From NCBI RefSeq assembly GCF_036321535.1, contig NC_087436.1, positions 35,342,001 through 35,406,000 on the forward strand: a stretch of 64,000 nt of DNA, in the 5' to 3' direction. Below, one piece after another: positions 1 to 11,855 of the stretch (position 1 is the stretch's first letter; each line of letters opens with the position of its first letter). The translations under genes were made by a program, and so were the position numbers. Source of the stretch: Camelus dromedarius (taxonomy: Eukaryota). The notes under the pieces were generated by a model. That model searched no databases, was not told the DNA's origin, and saw only the letters and a list, made by a program, of their open reading frames with translations.

Positions 1-779
1 GGGGATCCATGTGGTCTTAGAATCAATAAACAAGAAAAGGAATGATGGTTCAATCAGACACTAGGTTTTAGAAAACTAGTTTCAAAGGTTTAGAGAAAAT
101 ACAGCATGATTCCATGGCATCTCACTGATACCTGCTTCTACAGGGACTAGTGCAGTTCTGAATACATAGTAGGTCTTTGGCAAATATGTCATTTACCTTC
201 TTTGTAACTCTCTGTGAAACTCCTTTACCCTGTCTGAATTTCACTTTCTTCAGCCGTACAATGTGGATAAAAATAAGACCTGCCTCAAGACGAAACTTCA
301 AGGAGAAAATAGGAGAATTTGTTTCATCATCTGAACAGCACTTTAGGAATAAGAGGGATGAATAGTAGGAAGCTGTGTTCACGTTTTCATTCTCAAATAA
401 AATGCTGAAAATACTTTATAATGCTTGAAAGCCTCGCCAGTTTTCTAACTGGAATTTTTCTATTGAATAAAGTAGACAGTCTGCATGGTGGAAGATTAGA
501 CATTCTCCTGGAGTGAATTTTTTTTAAAGGTGTATTCATTTTGAATAGAAAAAAATGAAGCTAGTAAACATTTTAATTTTCCTTGAGTTTGACTTCATTC
601 AAGAAGATGTTCCATCATGGACCAAATTTATAATGTTCTCTGAGAATAACACAATGAATTACTGGCAAGACAAAGTTTCACAAGGCCCCACCAGGTACTG
701 GGGAATTTGAAACAGTAAAAGACTAAGCAATAATTTAATCGGATTCCATCAAGTAACATGGTCTAGAATGAATAACTGA

Positions 780-3270
780 TTGGTCATTATGTATTATTCT
801 TTTATTATGATTTTGTTAAGGATTTTTATGAAGGAGGTTGGTCTACAATTTTCTTTCCTTGCAATGTATTTGTTAGATATCACAGTTATGCTGCCCTCAT
901 AAAACAAATATGGAAGTGTGCTTTATCTATTTTTGGGGAAAAAATTAGGTGAGATTGGTATTATGTCTTCCTTAAATTTGAGAGAACTCACCATGAAAAC
1001 CATCTGGGCCTAAAATTTTCTTTATGTGGAAGTTTCTGATGTATAATTCAATTTTTCTGATGAATGTAAGGCATTTATATTTCCTGTCTCACCTGGAATC
1101 AGATTTGTGTCTTGTGTGTCAGTCAGTTGTGTGTTTTTAAGGACTTTGTCAATTTCATCTATAGTGCTAAATTCATTCATAATAAGTTTTTCATAAGGTC
1201 TGAAACCATTTTGGTTTCTGTAATATCTGGAGTAATCTATTTTTCAATCCTAATACCAGAAGTTTGTGATTTCTCTCTCCTTTATCTTCATCAATGTTGC
1301 TAGAGTTTATTATACCTTTTAAAAAAACCCCAACTCCTAGTTTTGCAAAAATTTTTGATTATGTCTCTTTTCTATTTCTTTGATTTCTGCTCTTATTATT
1401 TCTTCCAACTATGAATTTAATTTTACCTTTTTCTAAATTCTTAAAATAGTCTTATGATAATATTAAGGTATTCGCAATGGCTTCTTAAGGTGGAAAATTA
1501 GATCATTAATATTAAGCCTCTCTTTCTTTCTAATATAAGCATTTAAAGGTATAAATTTCCCTCTGAGTACTGTATTAGCTGCGTGCCACCAATTTTGATA
1601 AGTTGTATGTTCATCTCATTTAGTTTAAAATATTTTCTAATTAATGATTTCTTCTATGATCTATGGGTTATTCAGAAATTGATTAATTTTCAAATATTGG
1701 AACTTTTCTAGAAATCTTACTGATTTCCAATTTAATTCCATATAGTCACAGAATATAATTAATTACCAGTGCTGCCTAGTCCTTTGAACTTCATTGAGAC
1801 TTATTTTATTACCCAGTGTGATCTATGCTGGTTCATAGTTCAGGTGCACTTTTAAAGAATGTGGATTCTGTACTTGTATTATATGTTCTGTAAATGTCTA
1901 TGAGGTAAAATGATTGATGGTTATTTTTATATGTTAACTTGATTGGGCTAAGGAATGCCCAAGTACCTGGTAAAACATTAATTCTGGGTGTGTCTGTGAA
2001 GATGTCTCAGGAAGAGGTTAGCCCTGAATCAGTAGACTGAGTAAAGAAAATCATCCTCACCAATACAGATGGGCATCATCCAATCCTTTCGGAATCTGAA
2101 TAGAACAAAAAGGTGGAGGAAAGCTGAACTTGTTCTCTCTGTTTGAGCTGAGATAACCTTCTCTCCTGCCCTCAAATATCTGGGCTCCTGGTTTTCAGGC
2201 TTTCTGTCTCAGACAGGAACTTACACCATCAGCCACCATCACCCCCAACTTCCCTCTTACCCATTCTCAGGCCTTTGTACTTGGGCAAATTACACGACCA
2301 GCTTTATTAGTTCTCTGGCTTGTGATAGCAGATCATGGGACTTCCTGATCTCTGTAACGATATGAGCCAATTCCTGTAATGAATAACCTATTGGTTCTGC
2401 TTTTCTGGAGAACCCTGACTAATTCAATAGTATTATTTATATTTTCTCTTTTCTTAACTCTGATTATTTTTGCTTAATTATTATAATTACTGGGACAGAT
2501 GTGTTACATTTTCCAAATGCAGTTGTGGTTTTTGCCTCTCTCTCTCTTTTTATCTATCAGTTACTGCTTTATCTTTGTCAAAACTCAGTTTTTAAGCATA
2601 TACACATTGAAATTAATTCCTCCTGATGTATTCACCCTTGTGACTATTATAGAGCAATTCAGCTGTATTTTAAATAGTACTTGCATGATATATAATTTTT
2701 CATCCTTTATACTTTCAAGCTTTTTGTGCTTTTTTAGTTAAAATGCATCTTTTAGTGACAGCATTTAGTTGGATCTTGCTGCTTTATACAAATCAACACT
2801 GTCTTTTAATTGGAAAACATAGTCCATTTACCTTTAATGCAACTATTGATATGGTTAGATTTAGGTCTGCCATTTTGTGCCTTTTCTCATATGATTTTGT
2901 TGTTGTTGCTTATCCATTTCTTCTTTCCTGTCTTCTTTTGAGTTTATCAGTTTTAGTATTCCATTTTTATTTCTTTCCTGGCTCTTCAATATATTTCCTT
3001 GCAATTTTTTAGTGGTTGCTCTAGGAATTACAGTATCTATCTTTAAGTTATTACAAACTATGTAAAGTCAATATTGAACTACTTCATATAAAGTATATAG
3101 AAACCTTGTAACAGTGTCATTCAATTTACCACCCCATATTCTCTGTGCTGTTTTTGGATATATATACAAACAGAGCTATATCTATATATAGCTATGTCTA
3201 TAGTGATAGGTAGATACAGATACATATCCAAAATTAATTTAATTTTGGTTTTATATCATCATACATCTTT
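780..3270 (-). mobile_element. Old L1 (L1M-type) fragment, ORF2 5' region in antisense, interrupted by an MLT2 LTR
   Basis: T-rich antisense L1 hallmarks: 'gagaactcaccatgaaaccatctgggcct', 'ataaatttccctctgagtactgtattagctg', 'cttcattgagacttattttattacccag', 'tagtccatttacctttaatgcaactattgatatggttagatttaggtctgcc'. Continues on both sides of 1913-2426. Confidence 0.8.
1913..2426 (+). mobile_element. MLT2-family (MLT2D-like) ERVL solo LTR
   Basis: Starts 'tgatggttatttttatatgttaacttgattgggctaaggaatgccc...ctggtaaaacatta'. Internal 'gaatcagtagactgagtaaag...tgggcatcatccaatcc'. Ends 'ttctggagaaccctgactaattca'. All match the MLT2 consensus as I recall it. Confidence 0.9.
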
Positions 3271-3275
3271 TAAAG

Positions 3276-3453
3276 CAGTAGTACTCCACCAAGGGCAATT
3301 TTGCCTCCCAGGAGACATTTAGCAATACCTAGAGATAGTTTTTATTTTCACAACTGTGAGGGGAATGCTGCTGACAACTAGTGGACAGAGGCCAAGGATG
3401 CTGCTGAAAGTCTTACACTGTGCAGGACAGTCCCTCCATACAAAGAATTATCC
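3276..3453 (+). mobile_element. MER20 (hAT-Charlie non-autonomous DNA transposon), 3'-incomplete
   Basis: 'gggcaattttgcctcccaggagacatttagcaat...tagtggacagaggccaaggatgctgctgaa...tgcaggacagtccctccatacaaagaattatcc' follows the MER20 consensus. Confidence 0.88.
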
Positions 3454-3929
3454 ATTTATATATATATATATAAATTATCCATTTATATTCACACTTAAAT
3501 TGTTAAACTTTCTAGGATCATACGAGGTACTTATTAGCTGATGATCAATCACTGAGTTTGCTGAGTGATTTAATTGTGTTGTGTGGTTCCACATGAGAAA
3601 TTCAAAGACAACTAGAAAGAAACCAGAGTTCCATACAAGGGAATCTCAATAGTCTATCAACTGTCTTCTTTCTCCTCTCTCTCTCCTGGTGTGAAAATAC
3701 CATCCGAGTAATCATTGTTAGGTTATCTTCATTTAGGAGGAGTAAAGGAGGAAGGCACACACAAAAATCTAGCAAATTATGCTTGTATATTAAGTAAATC
3801 TTAATAAATTAAACCCTTTTGTACACAATTATTACACATTTCTGAAAGTACAATGTGTACTTCCTTTTTCAATTGATACCTATCAGTTTTATTAGACACA
3901 CTGATAAAATGATAATGAACTCAATTTTG

Positions 3930-4095
3930 GCAAAGAGCACAGGATTTCAAATAAGACCTGGATGTGAATCTCTGGATCTGTCACTTCCCAAATTCACGGT
4001 ACTGTCCTACCAGCTCTCTTCCAAGCCTCTTATTATCTTTTTTTTCTTCTCTGTAAAATGGAGATAGTATCTATCTCATAAGGTGGTTGAGAAAC
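3930..4095 (+). mobile_element. MIR SINE fragment
   Basis: 'aaagagcacagg...agacctggatgtgaatc...tctgtaaaatggagatagtatctatctcataaggtggttg'. Confidence 0.7.
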
Positions 4096-6821
4096 ATCTT
4101 GTACCTAGTCTAGCATAAAAGAAAGAATTTAGCCAGTCCAAGGCTTTGTTCTAGCTTGGGAATCTGGTTTGTCGGCCCTGTGACTTGGCCCCTGTGCATG
4201 AAGATACATCCCTAGGAAATTGCAGTCTGTGCTGAGCTATCTACTACAGGCAATTGAACCCGTGCCCCTGGAGACACAGATCAGCACTACTGAGATAAGG
4301 TCCAGATGCATTCTGTCACAGATCACTCATTTCAATTAAACCTACAGTGAGCAGGGGCAATGGTGAAGGGTGGCCACTGCATCTTTCCCCATGTTCCCAG
4401 GGAAATGCACTGAGTTCAGTCCTGGAAGTAGTTGGATAAACTGCAACTTGCAGCAAGTCAACTCCTTATCGAGATGTCACCAAGTCCTGCAGCTCACACA
4501 CCTTCTGAATTGCTCAAGGAAGGCTTGGTTTACTGGGCATTCCGAAATTCAAACAGGAACAAAGGCTTTTGGTCCAGGCAGTAAGCCCTCTATTTTACAG
4601 ACAGCCTCAAAATTGGCAGCAGTTCTAAAGTCACTTTCACACCAGCTCCAAAGGCTGACTGGAGGGGCCTTCTCTAGTCCTGGGAGAACCATCAAATCGA
4701 AACACACTTGCACACACAAGCACATGCGCTCAAACAAATGGCATATCTTCCACTTCGTACCTTGCTGGCCACAGCTGCCGTCCCGACAGGGTATTCAATC
4801 ACGCAAATGTCTTCTGTTTGAAGGCTGTTTCCACCTCCAGTCAGGCAGGTTGTTTTTAGCACATCTGACAAAATAGGCCAGATCTGCACAGCAACCTTTG
4901 AGAGGAAGTGCAACAAAAGACATCCAGCTGTGCCGAATTAAAAGGTCTTCATTCATCACCTTCCATCAGTCAAAAAGCAAAAGGAGGCTGACGTTATTTG
5001 TAAGAAATTTAAGGGTGTTATTATTCACCTGTAATTAAAAAGAATGGTTTGATTTGGCTTACAGCCTGGAGGAGAATGAATGCTTTTATTTTGCCAGGTT
5101 ATGAATTTTTCCAAGTCATGAATAGGCTCTGAAAATGAGGCAATGAGACGGAGGAACTTCATAAAGTAGAATTTTCCTCAACCTGTATTCATTTGTTTTT
5201 TTTAAATTCAGTGTTTCTTTACCTTTGCTCTTCTGCTTTGGAGAAGTACTCCCAGAGAATAGAAATCAAGTGTATTTTGAGCCCATCAACATGAAAAAGT
5301 CCATGTAGAAGGTTTTAGATGTGCCAAGAAGACCAAATCTGAGGATATTTATTACAGATGCATGAAGTTACTTTTCTCAGATACACTATTCAGAAAGAGT
5401 GGACAAGTAAGGATTTCTGTGGTATACGGTGAAAAAATACACACAGTAACAAAACTAGAGATAGTCTTTAAATATTTGTATGCAGCCAGAGTCCTGGAAG
5501 ATGGATGTAAGGATTTGCCAAGCAATTTTTTAAAGTAAGTTCTTCTTCGACCATGCTTTTTATTCCTGGAAGTGTTTAAGGCAACTGGCAGACACATTAA
5601 AACACAGTGTTAATATTAATTGAATGAGAAAAAGGAAAAGCAAAGTAGGAAATAACAGATGAAGCTGAGATTGAGATATTTGTGCCAAATAAGTGTTTAT
5701 CAAGTCCCTATGTAAGCCACCCATGCAGCTCTGAGTCTTCCAGCAGCCAGTGCAGAGAGGGATCTAAGATCAGTTGCCTGGTGTGTAATGCCTACAAGAT
5801 TAAAACAGGAGAGGCACACGTATTTCTCAAGCATGCTAATTAGCATGGTCTGACAGGCCGAGGCTTTGGAGGCTGAGGAATAGTTCCCAAAACTGTGTAC
5901 TGGGAAAGTTAGAAATTTTCAGTAGCAATTACGACTTTTTTTTTTGTATTTTCAGAGTATTCATGTTTTTATTCTGATATCAGTAAATCCAAAAACAAAA
6001 TTTTCTTTAGGATTGGCAAAGTTGCTGTTGGAAGTTAATAGAGTAGGTGGCCTGGAGGCAGTTCTTGGCCAACAGGAACAGCATGTGGGGACAGTGTCAG
6101 GCAAGGGCTTGGTAGACCAGTAATTTGGGGTTTTACTGCATCCCATCACTCTGAGCAATGTACACTGAAGTGCAGGGAGGGAAAGGATGGGGCCACTGAA
6201 ATTGAAGCTGCTTGGACGCCCTGTTTAATATTTGGTATTTTGAAAACACTTTACACTTGCCAGTAAGTAAATCCAGATGGGATTCAAATCAGTTTAGCCA
6301 GTATTATTATCCTGGCTCGCTGATGTGGAGAGTCAGGTCTGACTGATTTGCCCAAGGACTTTCAGTTCCTACAGAGCCACCATACAGCCTTTTACCACTT
6401 CCTGTACATCCAGTGGGCCAAAGAGAGTCCTGGAAGAAAACAGAGACTCATATTTCCTGTTCTTGGCTCAGCCCAGCAGGTCAAAGAAGCTTCTAAACAA
6501 AGGGAAAATGTCTATCCTTATAACTTGGCTGGTTTCTTTTTCAGTGATTTCTTACAAACCTGCCCATGGCCAGTTTTTTTCAGACCTACTGCCTAATTTC
6601 TATTAGGCCATTTTTATTAGTCTCAGGTTATTTTTCTGAATAGTTATGAATAACAACTTTTCCCAATTTACCTGTAAGGAAGAGAGCTGTGTGAGAATCT
6701 GGAACTGAGAATAGAACATACATTAAGTTTGTATAGATGCATCCTCATTTCTAAGCAAAACCAAAATTGTTAAAATTTTCTGCTATATCCAAGTTGGACA
6801 TTATACATTTATTCAGTGAAG

Positions 6822-6945
6822 TAAGTTTCCCAAACTTTCCTGATGAGGAAAATCATCTCATTCAGGCTGATTGTTAAAAAAACAAACAAACAAACAAAAA
6901 ACAGATTCCCCAGCCCCACTCAGACTTGGCTGAATAAGAATCTTT
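6822..6945. mobile_element. MER5-like hAT-Charlie fragment containing an (AAAC)n tract
   Basis: 'agtttcccaaactt...tgttaaaa...acagattccccagccccactcagact..ctgaataagaatct'. Confidence 0.55.
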
Positions 6946-6976
6946 CAAAAAGATCTAGTATGGGAAATTATGCCAT

Positions 6977-7107
6977 AAAAGGCTCTGGACCCTCATGAAT
7001 CCTGAATTCAAATCTCATTTCTTCCACTTAATAGCTGTGTGACCTTGGGCAATTAGCTTACCTTCTCTGTCCTTCTGTTTCTTCATAGTGAAACGTGAAA
7101 TGATGAT
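6977..7107 (+). mobile_element. MIR SINE core
   Basis: 'ttcaaatctc...ccacttaatagctgtgtgaccttgggcaattagcttaccttctctgt'. Confidence 0.8.
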
Positions 7108-9576
7108 TTACTACTTGAAAAACTCCAGATTTAAAGGCAATTTAGTAAAGAAGGACCCAGCAAAGAAAATGTAGGAGGAGCCCAAGATAGTTTTGGAATC
7201 AGTCTATTTCTTAAAAATTGAGTAGTGTTAAGAAAAACTGCCTTCCTTCCAGTTAGATTCATTTCAGTCCTAAGAATGAGACTGTAATTTTCCAAAGAAG
7301 GATGCATTCTCAGCCTATTTGTAGATATCTAGAAGGAAGCGACCATGAATCCTGATCACACCAAAACTTGAGTACAATTTAGAAAGTATGAAATAAATAA
7401 GCCACTCTAGCATTTTATACTCTCCATGATTCCACATATTTCCAATCTTAAATCCAAATATTAACCTAACAGCAGGACTTTATGAAATGTTTTAAGAATC
7501 TCATTTCTAAGTAGCTCACCAAATATCAGAAAAGATATCATTTGTTCCCCATGAAAAGAATCTTCTACTCAAATGAACTACAAAATGATCTTAAGTTAAA
7601 ACTGTCACAGAAATGACGTGCTCAAGAAGTCAGAGGCAGGCTCTTGATCAGATGACTAATCAGTGGGAACACTGGGGAAACGTATCAAAATGAATAATAG
7701 AGCCAAAATACATAAATAACGCCTGCCTTTCTTAACACTTCGCTGAAGCTGGTTGTTGACAAGCCAGATGGCAGAGGTCATTAGTGCCTTTTGGCTCTGG
7801 TGTCCCTGCTGAGGAAACTCAGGACTGGAAACTCCGGACTGGAATAGGACCACCATTGTTAGGGCCCCTCAAAGCACAGTACACTAAAAGGCCCCCCTGG
7901 TAGCCGGGGAACAATGCCTTAAAATTCTTTTGTTATTCTGCAATGCCTCAAAATTCATTAAGCCTCATCCTCTTTCACCCAAAGGCACTTTGGGTACTTA
8001 ATTAAGTTATTGTTTGCAGATGTGGGATAAATTCAGTCACATCACAAAAGAAACAAATTCAGTTCCAAATGTTAACACACACCTCCCTCTAAATGGTAAA
8101 TCAAGATTCAAGTTGTGTCTGGAAACAGTAATGTAACAGTCGGTCTCTTTCTGAATAAAGGGGCCAAAAGAATATTTTTTTAAAGGGGGAATCTATAAGC
8201 TGTTAATCTTATTTTGCATCTTGCTTACCCAAATCTGATGATTTATGTTTAATGTTTAAAAACAGTTAATGCTCTCACGTAATTACTGACAGAGTATTGG
8301 TCATTTTAGGTGAAAGAAAGTTTAATACTAAAGATAAAACATGTGATCAGGGCTCTCTTGCTTCTATCTTCATGAAGTCTGTCCCCTAAAAGCAAGCAAG
8401 CCCTACTCCATGGAATGTCCTCCAGAAGCTCCAGTGGTCAATGAAGATTTTGCTGCTAGAAAGCTCTAAAATGGATTGAATCACGAAATTATGATAAAGG
8501 CTCTTACTCCTTTTATCGAGTTAGTAACAAAATCTATCACCCTTATTTGAGAGAAGTCATTCCTTGGGTCTTGAAAAATCTCATGACATGATTAGAGCTC
8601 ATGTAAGTTACAAATCCAGAGCAATATGGGACCTTGGAATAGGAAGTGATTCTTGGGTCCACATAGGTCTCCTGAATCCCAGGTTATTCTTTCCCTGTTC
8701 CCTCTCTTGGCTCCAAAGGCAAGTCAAACCAACAGCAAACAGTGCCTCCTGCCTAGAGCTGGCACTAAAAGTGTCCCACAGACATTATTGAAAAACATGG
8801 CAAACACAGCCTGCAGTGGCTCTGCCCCTTAATTTCTGTACATGAAATCTCTCTTTATATATCCCATGCCTTGTCATCAAGAGTCATAGACACAGCATTT
8901 GAAACCAAGTTTATGTCCTGGCTGAGGTCTCCATGGTCCTTGAGTATTTTCTCAGGCTATCCCGGCCCACTCAGCCAATGTTTTGTGTGCTCAAGATCTA
9001 AAAACCCACCTATGTTTGCAGAGTCTTGTGCCTTTACTGACATCTGCTCCTTCACTTAAGGCCACCACCTTTATAGACATTGAGGTAAAATTTGCCTATG
9101 AAAAAGTATCACTTACCATAAGCTGCAGTGATATTTCAGAGGAAAATCTCACAAGGCTTATGCCTAAATCCTAAAGCCACCTGAAGACCCAGCCACACTC
9201 CACAATAGGCCACGGTACACTCTCCAAACTTGCTCAGAGTCTCCTACTAAAATCCAAGGCCCAAAGCCTCACCTACCCTGTGTCTCTTCATATGTGTTTT
9301 TGTCTGAACATAACATACCTTGTCTTCTGTTACACAAAGTTCCCAGTGCCAAGGTGGGGGAGAGGGGGAAGGTGGCCTGACAGAGGGCATCCTTCTCATC
9401 CACCAAGATTCTGTGCCTTTGGTGAAATAAGACAAAGGAGTCGGCTGAGGAAGCCTAAACTCTCATCTTATGCATGTTAAGCTGGAGGAGGTCACTTGGT
9501 GAGGCAACCTGACTGCTTTGGTCTTGGAAAACTTACCCAAGGGAGATTTTGAAATTTGCAGAGCAAACAGACTTAC

Positions 9577-9599
9577 CCAGGTCATTGCCTCTCTCTGGA
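9577..9599 (-). other. Candidate 23-nt micro-exon (host transcript unknown)
   Basis: Minus strand reads cttatttctccttttctctccacccag|TCCAGAGAGAGGCAATGACCTGG|gtaagt: strong pyrimidine tract plus CAG acceptor and a consensus donor. No homology recognised. Confidence 0.3.
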
Positions 9600-11289
9600 C
9601 TGGGTGGAGAGAAAAGGAGAAATAAGATACCAGGCCCTCACTCACAAGAATCTAATAGATCGGCCCCATTCCACCAAGAAACAGTGCACCAGTGACAGAT
9701 ACCTGACAATCAAATAAACCCTTTCACTTCCCTGGGAGGAGTAGAGTTGGGCTAAGGGACTAACGGATGCTCTTCCAAAGGGATGGAAACATTAGCATCA
9801 GAGTGTAGTGTTTCTACGCAAATTCTTACGACACATAAAAACAGTACTTTTGATTAATTAGAAAATTAGTTCTGTAATGTATTGTATTTTTGCTTTTTCC
9901 AGAGCATCTAAGAAGCTTACAGCTAAGCGTATTTGCTCAAGTATAATAGTTTGCTCTAGCTATTTGTACTTAAATACAAATAATGCATCAAAAAATAAAT
10001 TCAGAATCATTCCTTTGCTTTATAAAATTTAAGCCTTCCATATTTCAGGGAATTATAAGACTTGTTTACTCTGAGTTAGCAATCAAATGTGATTTACCAT
10101 GATGGCATATTGCAGGAAAATCCTTCAGGAACATAAGTATTTTGTCAATACAATGTAGCCCACTGATTTTACAAAAATACTATTGATAACTGCTAAAAAT
10201 AAATAGGTGCATACTTTTTTTTTGAAATTTAGGCTTTGTGTTGTCATTCATCAGGGCTACAGATATAAAGAAAGTAGGAAGGGATGATCAATAGCCATGA
10301 GTTAAAAGCTAAATCAGTTTCAAAAGTGTTTTCTGGTGTGAAATATCAGCAAAACTTCTTCAGAAATTATTAAAAAAAAAAAAAAAACACAGGTGAATTA
10401 AAGATACAAAGGACCTCCTTCACTGTAGGTCAGGGTTTTTACATAGCAATAAGCTCATTCCCTTCTGAGAATGACTGGAAATTATTTGACTAAAATCAGT
10501 GATAAAAAGAGAAGGAATGAGAAGGAAATAGTCTTGAAATAAGTATATTTTATTTAAGTCCTTTGTGTTGGCCAAATGTCAGTGTGGATAGCAATATTTA
10601 GTCTCTCTAAGATTCTTCACAGTTTGATCCACTGACACCATGGTTTTCTTAATTTCCTGACCAGCGGCATTGCGTGTGATCGCTCTGCATGGCCAACAGC
10701 TGGTGCCTTTAACCCAGCAGATGTTTTTGTGTCTCAGTTGTAATCATCATACAGACAGGGTCCAGGATTTTGTTTTCCTTCACACCCTTCTCCCACATGC
10801 AGAAACTTCCTTCAGAAGACAAAGGGAGTGTGCATAAAAACACACCACAGGGTGTGGATGAGTTTAATAAACTCAGTCTCCGGTGTATAAAGGGCCTAAC
10901 TCTTTCCTACCAGAGTGGGATTATACAACATCTATTGAAGTAATTTGAAATGGTTCCTATAAGACCAAAACTCACAGCCAACGAAATCACATAATCACAG
11001 AATATTGAACTTGGATGGGACCAGTATAGTGTGTGTCAAAAATGAATAATATATGGGCACTTTTAAAGGAAAAAGTTATTTAAGTTCACACTCCACCCCC
11101 CATGTTGATTTAAACTATTTTTGTTATAATGGAACTTAAATATGTGCATAAAGAATGTGTACACCATAAAGCAATGTAAGAACTTCTTGTGCCTTTGGTT
11201 TCTTCAACTTCTGACTGGGACAGAGACTATCATGCCACTTACTATAAGTAGTAATGATCTTTCAAGGTGAGAGTTATGCCAAGGTGTCA

Positions 11290-11555
11290 GCATGCCCACC
11301 ACAGCTCAATCAACTGGACCCTCGTGCTACAGGGTCTCTTGTCCTCCAACGGACCAGCCTGATTGTTCACATAGTGCAGTTTTAAGCCCAGTGAGAGGTA
11401 TCCCCAATAGACAAATGCTTTTTAAGCCTCTATTTGCTCATGTCCCATTGACCAAAGCTGGTCACAAGGCCAGTCCACATTCAACAGAGTGAAGAAAGGC
11501 TCCACTTCTTATTGGGAAGACTTGCATATATTGTCACTATTTTGCTATTTACCAC
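11290..11555 (-). mobile_element. Old MLT1 (MaLR) LTR fragment
   Basis: 'tttgctcatgtcccattgaccaaagctggtcacaaggccagtcc...ctccacttcttattgggaag...ttttgctatttaccaca' (reverse complement of the TGTGGTA LTR start). Confidence 0.7.
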
Positions 11556-11574
11556 ACCCACAATATTTCTCTAC

Positions 11575-11855
11575 CCATGTTCTTTCAATTTAACACTTAA
11601 ATATCTCTCAAATTCATCCATTTCATTCTTCAGGGAGATTCCTTAGAATAAACTACCATCATCTCCCATAGGACTACTGTGGCAGCTTTCTGACTGGACT
11701 CCCTTTAACCACACTTACTGCCGTAACAAGAATGCCACTAAACAATTTTATTTTAAAGTATAGATATTATTAAAACCTTTGAAAGGCTTTCAATTATGTA
11801 AGGATAAAAACTCAAGTCCTTATTATGGCCCATAAGGCCCTCCATGGTCTAGTTC
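11575..11855 (+). mobile_element. L2 fragment
   Basis: 'ccatcatctcccataggactactg...ttaaaacctttgaaaggct...aggataaaaactcaagtcctt...aggccctccatggtctag'. Confidence 0.7.

Noticed and set aside
3547..3570. Short hairpin aatcactgag-tttg-ctgagtgatt as a miRNA or terminator
   Set aside because: A 10-bp stem with a mismatch is far too short for a pre-miRNA, and bacterial terminators do not apply here.
4370..4876. 168-aa ORF as a protein-coding gene
   Set aside because: Non-ATG start, no recognisable domain, no supporting exon structure or promoter. Kept only as a low-interest finding.
5486..5534. Plus-strand exon candidate (tatgcag|...AAA|gtaagt)
   Set aside because: No polypyrimidine tract and no recognisable peptide.
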